A DNA stretch of 64,000 bases from Planctomycetes bacterium UBA1146 (GTDB lineage: Bacteria; Planctomycetota; UBA8108), in assembly GCA_963579555.1 (NCBI GenBank), contig CAUZHA010000005.1, positions 9,938 through 73,937 on the forward strand, read 5' to 3'. The notes under the pieces were generated by a model that did not search any database, was not told the origin of the DNA, and saw only the letters and a program-made list of their open reading frames with translations. Shown piece by piece: positions 37,808 to 45,893 of the stretch. Position 1 is the first letter of the stretch. Every line of letters starts with the position of its first letter. A program made the position numbers and the translations under genes.

Positions 37808-39865
37808 ATGAAATCCAGAAGTCTATGTGGATTGGTGGCAGCTTTGTGTATTGCAATCGCGGGGCAAAGCTCTGCGCAGGATGTTGCGCTCTCGTTTGGT
37901 GGCCCCTGCGGCGACGAGATTGTCGGAGCTGCCGGCTCAGCTCAGGAGATGACGCTTGATTGCGTTCTTACCACTTCGAATAATCCCGGAGATGCTGGAG
38001 CCCAGGGTTGGTCGATCAGTGTCGCCGCAGAAGGCGGTACGATCACCGGCATTACTACAGATGGCACTGTGGGCGCGGATGTGGCACAGGGTGGTCTTCG
38101 AAGCGTCGGTTTCGAAAAAACCGAAACAACGGAGCGTTCGGGAGTAACCCCCGGCGGTGCTAACGACTGTGATGGTCTCAGGGGTGCGGTGAGCGCCGTT
38201 GTTCTGTCCTTTGTCAATCCCGTGACTCTTGATGCTGAGGGTTCCGCAGTTATCGCAAAGGTCGATGTGGCGGCCGAGATCCCCAGCGTGCCTGGCGATT
38301 GCAGCGAGGTGACTGTTTTCTTCGGGGATGGTTGCCGCGGTGCTGGCCAGCCTGTAAGGAACGCTATCACCATGAACGCCTCGACCTTTATTCCCGAGCT
38401 TGGACGATGCGTCAAGACGCTCTGCGCTCCTCGACCGGAGGATTGCAGCCGGGCTGGTGACGAGGATGGCAACGGCCTCGCTGACTGTGATGACCCGGCC
38501 TGTTCCGACCTTCCGGCATGTCTCAATGTCGATGTAGCCCTTGGCTTCGGTGGCATTGAAGATGTTTCAGGTGACACCGGCGGAAGCTACAGCCAGACCG
38601 TCGACTGTACACTGACATCGTCGAATAATGATTTTGGTGTCGGAGCCCAGGGCTGGTCGATCAGTGTCGCGGCCGACGGTACCAGTATCTCTTCGATCAC
38701 GACGGATGGGACCGTGGGCGCGGATGTTGCGCAGGGTGGTCTTCGAAGCGTTGGGTTTGAAAAGAGCCAGACGACCCGTGAGGCCGGCAATGGCAGTGAT
38801 TGTGAAGGATTCAATGGAGCGGTGAGCGCCGTTGTTCTGTCCTTTGTCAATCCCGTGACTCTTGATGCTGAGGGTTCCAGTGTTATTGCCAAGATCGACA
38901 TAGAAGGCGAGCTGACTGCAGAGACGGGAAGCTGTGTTGGCGGACGACTTTTCTACGCCAATGGATGCCAGGGTGCCGGTCAGCCGGTTACCAACGCGAT
39001 CACCATTAATGCCCAGACAAGAGTCCCAGAGCTTGGCGCGGGTTCATTTCAAGCCTGCTCCGAAGAATCAGGTGATTCTCAGGCGGACTTCGATCTCGCC
39101 TTTAGCGGTGAGAACAGTGAAACGATCACAGGCGTTTTTGGCCTGACCTTCAACCAGACTGTTGATTGTACGCTGACAATTTCTGAGAACAGGACAGAGG
39201 TCGGAGCCCAGGGCTGGTCGATCAGTCTGGCGCCCGATGCGGGTGTCAGTGTCGTAGCTATCAGCGTTGATGGAACCGCCGCGGCTGACGAAGATGACGG
39301 TGGCCGTCGTCGAGGCGGGTTCGAGAAGAGTGAGCTCACTGTAGGGGCGGGAAACATGGGCGCGATCAGCGCGATTGTTCTCTCCTTTACCGAGCTTGTG
39401 ACCCTGCCTGCTTCCGGGACCGAGGTTATTGCCAAGATTGATATCCAGGCTCCTTATCCCGCTGTTGACGTAACTGAAACGAAAGTCATTCGTTATGTCG
39501 ATGGGCTTCGTGGCTCCGGCCAGCCGGTTGATAACGTAATTACTCATGATAACTTCGGTGTTCTCCCCAGGAAGGCGCCCTACGAGGTGACTCTTCTCGG
39601 TATTGATGAGAATGCGATCACTTACGACTGTAACACCGATGGGCGGGTGAACATTGCTGACGCGCAGTGTCTGCTGAATTGGTTGTTCCTCGGTGGTGCG
39701 GCGCCCGGCTGTCAGGACGCCATGGACTTTAACGGGGATGTCCGGCTGAATATCGCCGATGGTATTTCGGGACTCAACTTCCTCTTCCTTGGAGGACCGC
39801 CGCCTGCGGCTGGTGTCGGATGTCAGCCCTACCCCGATTGCGATCTTCAGGATGCCTGCTCCTGA
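37808..39865 (+). CDS. Scaffoldin-like protein: 3 cohesin-like repeats + C-terminal dockerin
   Basis: Strong RBS (GAAGGAG), signal peptide; three GAQGWSIS..GFEK..SAxVLSF..TL...IAK.D..G.GQPV.N repeats; DEDGNGLADCDDP linker; dockerin. Confidence 0.8.
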   Translation: MKSRSLCGLVAALCIAIAGQSSAQDVALSFGGPCGDEIVGAAGSAQEMTLDCVLTTSNNPGDAGAQGWSISVAAEGGTITGITTDGTVGADVAQGGLRSVGFEKTETTERSGVTPGGANDCDGLRGAVSAVVLSFVNPVTLDAEGSAVIAKVDVAAEIPSVPGDCSEVTVFFGDGCRGAGQPVRNAITMNASTFIPELGRCVKTLCAPRPEDCSRAGDEDGNGLADCDDPACSDLPACLNVDVALGFGGIEDVSGDTGGSYSQTVDCTLTSSNNDFGVGAQGWSISVAADGTSISSITTDGTVGADVAQGGLRSVGFEKSQTTREAGNGSDCEGFNGAVSAVVLSFVNPVTLDAEGSSVIAKIDIEGELTAETGSCVGGRLFYANGCQGAGQPVTNAITINAQTRVPELGAGSFQACSEESGDSQADFDLAFSGENSETITGVFGLTFNQTVDCTLTISENRTEVGAQGWSISLAPDAGVSVVAISVDGTAAADEDDGGRRRGGFEKSELTVGAGNMGAISAIVLSFTELVTLPASGTEVIAKIDIQAPYPAVDVTETKVIRYVDGLRGSGQPVDNVITHDNFGVLPRKAPYEVTLLGIDENAITYDCNTDGRVNIADAQCLLNWLFLGGAAPGCQDAMDFNGDVRLNIADGISGLNFLFLGGPPPAAGVGCQPYPDCDLQDACS
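38186..38878 (+). repeat. Identical 60-bp intragenic repeat between cohesin repeats 1 and 2
   Basis: 38186-38245 = 38819-38878 (gcggtgagcgcc...gagggttcc). Confidence 0.9.
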
Positions 39866-39885
39866 GGCTGATCTGAAAGGTTGAC

Positions 39886-39926
39886 AAAAACCCCGGATGT
39901 CCGTTTTTGGGCTTCCGGGGTTTTTT
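39886..39926 (+). terminator. Intrinsic terminator
   Basis: aaaaaccccgga...tccggggtttttt hairpin with T tract. Confidence 0.88.
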
Positions 39927-40265
39927 GTTGGTGTTTTTTGTGAGGCAGATTTGTAGCAGCGGTAAATGTACAGGGTGATTGAAAAGTCCTAATCCTTTAA
40001 ACTGCCTGTAATTAAAAGGTGTGGCGGGGGGGTTTCGCCTTTACTATTGATGTTAGGTCAATTTCAGAGGGCCAGGGGAGTTTCTCATTCAGCCACAGTG
40101 CTGTTGATATAAACCGTTTTTATTGTTAACTTTGGACCTTCGGACTGGGTTCGGATCTACAAGCAAGGTGGGGTTCGTTTTTACCTGGGTTTTAATGGTA
40201 GCTGAAAAATTAGAAGGCGAAATTTCCAGTCGAATCCTGCTCGTTTGCCAGCAGGGAGGGTAGTC

Positions 40266-41135
40266 ATGAAATATAGTTATTTTTACGCTTTGGTTGCGGT
40301 TTTAGGGGTTGCTCTTGGGGGGACTTGCTACAGCCAGGAGCTTAGTCCGGCTCAGTTTGAGCTCGGATTTTCAGGCAACAACAACGGAACGCTCAGGGGG
40401 CTTGCCGGGCAGACATTTACGCAGACAATTAACTGTACGCTAGCTACGTCCGCGAACGAGACCCCGCTTGGCGCTCAGGGTTGGTCCATCAGCATGGCGC
40501 CCGATGAGGGAATTAATATTGTCGGCATTACAGTTACAGGCACAGTTTCCGCCGAACAGGATGAGGGTGGGTTGCGGGCTGGTGAGGGATTCGAGAAGAG
40601 CGAGCTGACCGAAGGTGAAGGGAACGTTGGCGCGGTGAGCGCCGTGGTTCTCGGTTTTTCCGAGCTGGTGATGCTGCCTCTCACGGGCATCTCGGTGATC
40701 GCGCGACTTGATATCGAGTGTCCCTACCCTGCGGTGGATGTGAGTGAGACCAAGGTTATACGGTATATCGACGGGCTCAGCGGCTCCGGGCGTCCTGTAG
40801 AAAACGTCATTGCCCAGGCGGATTTCGGAATCCAGCCGGATTTGACCTCTTACGAGGTTACTCTTTTGGGAATCGACGAAAACGCCGTTACCTATGATTG
40901 CAATTCCGATGGCCGGGTCAACATCGCGGATGCTCAGTGCATGCTGAATTGGCTGTTCCTGGGTGGACCTGAGCCCGGTTGCCGTGACGCTATGGATTTT
41001 AACGCGGATAGCCGTCTCAATATTGCAGACGGCATCTCCGGGCTGAACTATCTCTTCCTTGGAGGACCTCCTCCTCCGGCAGGAGTCGGCTGTAAGTCCT
41101 ATCCCGATTGCGAAAGCGAGGCGGCCTGCCTCTAA
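40266..41135 (+). CDS. Single cohesin + dockerin, paralog of the C-terminal part of 37808
   Basis: GGGAGG RBS, signal peptide; near-identical PYPAVDV.ETKVIRY and YEVTLLGIDENA.TYDCN.DGRVNIADAQC. Confidence 0.85.
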   Translation: MKYSYFYALVAVLGVALGGTCYSQELSPAQFELGFSGNNNGTLRGLAGQTFTQTINCTLATSANETPLGAQGWSISMAPDEGINIVGITVTGTVSAEQDEGGLRAGEGFEKSELTEGEGNVGAVSAVVLGFSELVMLPLTGISVIARLDIECPYPAVDVSETKVIRYIDGLSGSGRPVENVIAQADFGIQPDLTSYEVTLLGIDENAVTYDCNSDGRVNIADAQCMLNWLFLGGPEPGCRDAMDFNADSRLNIADGISGLNYLFLGGPPPPAGVGCKSYPDCESEAACL

Positions 41136-41268
41136 TCGTCTTTCGTTTCCCGGCCCGTTCGATAGGATATAAATCAGAATAAAACCGATACGGGTTCACT
41201 CTTGAGGTGTTTACCGTTCTGTAGTCGGCGCGGTCGGGCTTGTCAGCTAAATATTTGGAGTGCAGATT

Positions 41269-42321
41269 ATGCGACGTTTATTACGGATGTTGAGCTTGGG
41301 AGTTTTCCTGGGATTGCCGATGGCCTCTTTTGCGCAGGAACGGCCTGGAGTTGACGCGGCTCCCAGCCGCCAGGCCGGCATAGCCTGGTTTGGAACGCTC
41401 AAGAGCGTGCTTACCGAGGCTCAACGCACCGGCAAGCCGATTCTCCTGGTTTCCGCCGCGCCTCACTGTCACTACATTTCCGGCATCTGGTGACCCGGCA
41501 AGCAGCGCATGGACAGGAGTTTCCTGTCTGACAAAGGAATCATTCGCGCTTCGCGTAACTTCGTCTGCGGCAGGCTCGCAACCTACGAGGACAAGGAAGA
41601 GGGTGAATATCTGAGCGGGCTCTTCCGCGGAAGAAGCGGCCAACTGGAGAATACGGTTTTTTGCATCATGAGTCCTGACGGCAAGGACAGGCTTGTGAGG
41701 TCCGGGCGGTCTCCCGGCTGGGCTTTCCCAGGTTCGGAAGACCAGGCGGTCAGAGACATGGAAACGAAAATGGATGAGATCGCTTCACGCTACACCGTGA
41801 AGAAGGAGTCCAGGTCCTCTCTTCCGGGGTTGCCCGTTCTGCCTAACTTCCGCCTGGCATTGAACGTTGCGGCTTGTGACAACCTGCCGCTGGTGGCGGC
41901 CGTAGCGCGGTCAAAGGATTCCAGGGAGAAGCTCCAGAAACAGGTCAATGAACTGGCCTGGAGCAAAGATTTCATCGGTCGTTTTATTTACGTTTTTGCC
42001 GGGGAGGCCTCGGAACTCAAGAAGGTCAAAGGTATCGAGAACAAAGAGGGTTTGTTTGTTATCGCTCCGGACACCTTTGGCCAGGAAGGGAAGGTGCTGA
42101 CCCAGGTAAGGCTCGGTGGCGGCCGCAAAGAACTTGCGGAGAGCCTCGCCCGGGCGGTGGCGCTCCACCAACCTGAGCGAAAAGAGATGCGCAGCCACAA
42201 TGCCCTCGGCAAGATCCTCGACGTCAACTGGAAGACCCAGGTCCCGGTTACCGATGCAGGAGCGCCCCGTCGGCGGGAAAGTCGAAGCGGGCGGAGAGGC
42301 TCGTCCGGCGGCAGGCCCTGA
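41269..42321 (+). CDS. Putative selenoprotein: secreted thioredoxin-fold protein (C-x7-U; WUPG)
   Basis: ORFs 41260-41493 and 41509-42321 are in one frame, separated only by TGA 41491 and 5 sense codons; IAW..TL...L.EA.RTGKPILLV thioredoxin-like N-terminus; UGA falls at the WCxxC position. Confidence 0.78.
41511..41529 (+). promoter_or_regulatory. Candidate bacterial SECIS hairpin
   Basis: gGACAGGA-gtt-TCCTGTCt; loop starts with G, 25 nt after the UGA. Confidence 0.6.
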
Positions 42322-42345
42322 GGGCGTCCTCCGATGGGGCGAACT

Positions 42346-43962
42346 TCAGCAGCTCTCATAGGCCGCGCAGCCGAGCGAATCCCCGCCAGCCGCCGGGTCG
42401 TTGTCGCATTCGTTGCCTGGCGGTCCGGGAGCCGGTGGCCGGGCTGCCCCGTTGAACAGGTACCTCAGCAGGAAAACTCCATCCGTGATATCGATGCCGC
42501 CGTCATCGTTCGCATCGGCTGAATCAAGGCAGGCGGGGACCGCGCCGCCAAGGAACAGGTAGCTGAAAATCCGCGATGGATCCGATATGTCTACCGATCC
42601 GTCGGCGTTGGCATCTCCACGGTGAAAGGGCCGATCCGGAACGCATTCGCCGCCGAGCTCGTCGCCGTTGCCGTCGATCGCCGGACTGCCGGGTAAAACT
42701 CTCACGAGGTCCCTGATCGTCCGTGAGCTCTCGCCGCAATCACCCGAGATCGTCAGGGTGACGATGTAGGTGCCGGGCTCGGTATAGAGATGCGTCGGGT
42801 TTTGAGCGTCGCTTCTGGATCCATCTCCAAAATCCCATCTCCAGTTGCCGATGGCATCTCCAGCTGAGCGATCAAGGAAGCTGACAAGGAGAGGCGCGCA
42901 TCGAGGCCCCGTTCTCTCTATCGTAAAGTCAGCCGTTGGCGGAGGGCAGACGGTGTCAGCGAAGGTCTGCAGCAGTCCCGCGCTATAGCTGATCGCGATC
43001 GGGTACAGCTCCTCGGAATAGAGTCGCAGCAGTGTCCGGCTGTTTGCCGCGCCTCTCCAGCGCGCCGGGGTCAGCCGGTTGTTGTCGCCGCCGGTATTTT
43101 CGACATAAAAATTTCCGGTGATCCGCCTGGCACCCCCGGGTCCGCCTTCGTCTTCTGAGAAGTCGTCGGTGCTGGGCCACCACTCGTCGCAGGCGCTGGG
43201 CGAGCCAATGCAGGGGGGGAAGACGCCGGCCTCATCAAACTCTCCGATGTTGTCGATGACCCAATAATCGTCGCCGAGGAAGCCTCCATCGTGGAAGGTC
43301 AGGGTAGGGAACATGCGCTTGAACTGGGTGTCGGGCTGGGGGTTGGCCTCCTGGATGATCCCAGGCCAGGTCGTCGCGCTGTAGACGAGCAGGGCCGCGG
43401 TGTGGACGAAGGATTCCGGCGAACCATCGGCGGGGAAGACCGGCGCGAGATCGAGCAGGGGCAGGAAGTTTCCGCCTCCCCATCCCTCAAAATCATCGCC
43501 ATCGATGTGGGTGTCTGAGTGCGTATGGGCGGGGGAGGTCATGTCCTGGATGAGATGGATGCAGCGGCCTAACTTATGGAAGGCGCCGTTGGGGCCACCG
43601 AGATTCCCCGCATCGTAGGCGGAGATGGCCTGAGCCCAGAGGATCGGCATCGCGTCCCTGGCGTTGGAGGCGATGATGTTGGCCCAGTCGACCACCCCTG
43701 GGCAGGGCAGGTCAAAGCCGCGGCCGTTGTGGGGGTTGTAGGCGTGGTAGCAGTACTGGGGGAAGGTGTCTTCATCTATCGAGCCCTGGCCGATGTCCGC
43801 TCGGAAGCGGTTCAGCAGGCCGACATCGAGGATGTCGACCGCGTTGAGGCTGATGCCGCGATGGACCTCTACCTCGTGGGCGCTGGCTGGCCCAACCAGG
43901 CAGCAAAAGAGCAGGACCGCGGTACAGACTGAACGAAAGACTGGAAGGTCACTTTTTGGCAT
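42346..43962 (-). CDS. Zn-dependent phospholipase C / S1-P1 nuclease-like domain + PKD + dockerin
   Basis: Mature N-terminus HEVEVH; HAYNP; LG..IHLIQDMTSPAH..D.FE; WDFGDG..NPTH.Y..PGTY PKD; RGDAN dockerin. Confidence 0.75.
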   Translation of the reverse strand: MPKSDLPVFRSVCTAVLLFCCLVGPASAHEVEVHRGISLNAVDILDVGLLNRFRADIGQGSIDEDTFPQYCYHAYNPHNGRGFDLPCPGVVDWANIIASNARDAMPILWAQAISAYDAGNLGGPNGAFHKLGRCIHLIQDMTSPAHTHSDTHIDGDDFEGWGGGNFLPLLDLAPVFPADGSPESFVHTAALLVYSATTWPGIIQEANPQPDTQFKRMFPTLTFHDGGFLGDDYWVIDNIGEFDEAGVFPPCIGSPSACDEWWPSTDDFSEDEGGPGGARRITGNFYVENTGGDNNRLTPARWRGAANSRTLLRLYSEELYPIAISYSAGLLQTFADTVCPPPTADFTIERTGPRCAPLLVSFLDRSAGDAIGNWRWDFGDGSRSDAQNPTHLYTEPGTYIVTLTISGDCGESSRTIRDLVRVLPGSPAIDGNGDELGGECVPDRPFHRGDANADGSVDISDPSRIFSYLFLGGAVPACLDSADANDDGGIDITDGVFLLRYLFNGAARPPAPGPPGNECDNDPAAGGDSLGCAAYESC

Positions 43963-44911
43963 GAGAGCCCTCGCCTTTCATCAGCAACTGGAGGCCAGCG
44001 AATCTTCCTAACGGATCATTCAGCGCGGCTCTCTGTTTCAGCCAGGCCGCGGCGTCCTTCCCGCCCATCCTTGCGATCGCCTGGATGGACCAGGCCTGAA
44101 CCCGCGGTTGGCGGAGCGTCGAAGCGTTCGAGAGAAGCTCGAGTTTTTCGGCAGAGGCTGCCAGCTCGAGGCGGAGGAGAGAGATCCCCGCCTCCGCCTT
44201 CCAGGTGCCGGCGGGATTGTCGATGATGGCCTGGGCCGCTGCCTGGGCTTTTTGTCGTTTCCCGCTGAAGAAACCCAGTCCGTAGGCTGCTTCGCGGCGG
44301 GCCTGCATGTCGACGCCTTGGAGAGCCTCCAGGACCGTTCCGAGAGCCTCCATGCTTCCCAGCCTTGCCAGGGCGATCGCGGTGTTGACCCTGACGCTCT
44401 GGTTCGCATCGCGGAGATAGGGACGAATTGCATCAGCCGTGGCGGCGTGACCGCTCGACCCGGCGGCAGCGATGAGAGACTTCAGGGCACCGGAATCTCT
44501 CTCGACTGGCAGCCTGGCGAGGACCTTCGCGACCTGGGTGTCGTCTTCAAGGAGCATCAGGACACTGCCGGCCCTGCGGCGAATCGCCACTTCTTTGGAG
44601 GCGAGGCTCTCGCCGGCGATCCTGGCAGCCTCCGGGTCCTTCATCTCCGCCAGCAGGCGCAGGGCCATGAGCCGTGTTTCCCGGTCACCATCGCGAGCGG
44701 CCTTTCGCACCCCAGGGAGATTGGCTTCCCTGTTCTGCAGCAACCTCTCGAGCAACTCTCGCTTGGGGACAGACCTGCCTCTGCTGGCCAGCAGCTTGAT
44801 GAGAGCTTCCGCCTGGTCACCGGGTGTTTCTCTCCCGGAGGTGTCCTGGCCCAGGGCCAGTCCCGGTCCGGTAAGCAGGCAGAAAATTAATGGTTTCAGA
44901 GCCAGCCTCAT
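43949..44911 (-). CDS. Secreted HEAT-repeat protein
   Basis: Signal peptide from ATG 44911; VRVNTAIALARLG, ARREAAYGLG repeats; overlaps the next gene by 14 bp. Confidence 0.75.
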   Translation of the reverse strand: MRLALKPLIFCLLTGPGLALGQDTSGRETPGDQAEALIKLLASRGRSVPKRELLERLLQNREANLPGVRKAARDGDRETRLMALRLLAEMKDPEAARIAGESLASKEVAIRRRAGSVLMLLEDDTQVAKVLARLPVERDSGALKSLIAAAGSSGHAATADAIRPYLRDANQSVRVNTAIALARLGSMEALGTVLEALQGVDMQARREAAYGLGFFSGKRQKAQAAAQAIIDNPAGTWKAEAGISLLRLELAASAEKLELLSNASTLRQPRVQAWSIQAIARMGGKDAAAWLKQRAALNDPLGRFAGLQLLMKGEGSHAKK

Positions 44912-44945
44912 TGGTTGGCCCCGTTTTCTTTCACCGCGCAATGGT

Positions 44946-45680
44946 TCACTCGCCAAGCAGCTCCTTGAGCTTGCCCTCGATGGAGGCCGCCCAGATCTCG
45001 TAGCCCCGAGTCGACAGATGCAGGAAGTCCGGCATGATCTTTTTGTCCAGGCTTCCATCTGTCTCGAGGAAGTGATGGCCGATAGCCAGGTAGTGGACAT
45101 GTACTCCGTCGTCGAGCTTGCGGGCGGTCTGGTTGACCTGCGCAATGTCTCCGCGCTGGGTGTTGAAGCGCTGCCCCCTGGGGAAGATGTCGAGCAGGAG
45201 GATCTTCATTTCGGGCAGCTTCTTCCTGAGCTTTTTGATGATAGCGGTGATCCCGTCGACGATCTCCGCAGGCGAGTTGCGGTTTCTTCCGGAGTTGTTG
45301 GTCCCGATCATGATGACTGCGACCTTCGGTGCGATCCCCTTGATGTTTCCATTGTCGAGTCGCCAGAGAACGTGTTCCGTGCGGTCGCCGCCGATGCCGA
45401 GGTTGACAGTGTTTCTCTTGCCGTAGTATTTCTTCCAGACTCCGCGGCCGCTTCCTTCCCAGCCCTGGGTGATGGAGTCGCCGATGAAGATAAGGTCCAC
45501 CGAGCCTTTGGCGACCCTGGAGTTGAAGCTATTGTGCCGAGTCATCCAGCCTCCGCCTCGGGGGGCGGGAGTGATCGCGGAGTGGGGCTTGGTTTCCTGC
45601 GCGTCGAGTGTTGCGCCTGGGTCGATAAGCAGGGTCGAAGAGAATAGAAACAGGCAGGAAATACTCGCAAGGCGTTTCAT
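44946..45680 (-). CDS. SGNH/GDSL esterase (PAF-acetylhydrolase-like)
   Basis: FIGDSIT, GIGGDRT, GTNN, DFLHL; signal peptide. Confidence 0.92.
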   Translation of the reverse strand: MKRLASISCLFLFSSTLLIDPGATLDAQETKPHSAITPAPRGGGWMTRHNSFNSRVAKGSVDLIFIGDSITQGWEGSGRGVWKKYYGKRNTVNLGIGGDRTEHVLWRLDNGNIKGIAPKVAVIMIGTNNSGRNRNSPAEIVDGITAIIKKLRKKLPEMKILLLDIFPRGQRFNTQRGDIAQVNQTARKLDDGVHVHYLAIGHHFLETDGSLDKKIMPDFLHLSTRGYEIWAASIEGKLKELLGE

Positions 45681-45827
45681 CTGGCAGGCTCCAATTATGA
45701 AGGGCTCGTGTTTTCAGCCCCTGGCAGCGGACAGGAGGACAGATGGCCATTCCAGCCCAGGGTCCAGGACACCAGCGTATGATGTAGGAGTCTTGGTGTG
45801 TAAACAAGAACGGTCTTGTTCTGGGTC

Positions 45828-45855
45828 TTGTCGTTGGCCCATCGCGATCTATAAT
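45828..45855 (+). promoter_or_regulatory. Sigma70-type promoter candidate
   Basis: TTGTCG-N16-TATAAT upstream of the GGAGGA RBS of 45894. Confidence 0.45.
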
Positions 45856-45893
45856 CAGGTGTCCAATCGTTCAAAGGGTTCCGGAGGATAGGC

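Noticed and set aside
37990-39230. Recurring ggagcccagggctggtcgatcagt as a CRISPR-like repeat or DGR template/variable repeat
   Set aside because: These are coding repeats (GAQGWSIS) 550-650 bp apart; there is no cas or reverse transcriptase gene and no A-specific mismatch pattern
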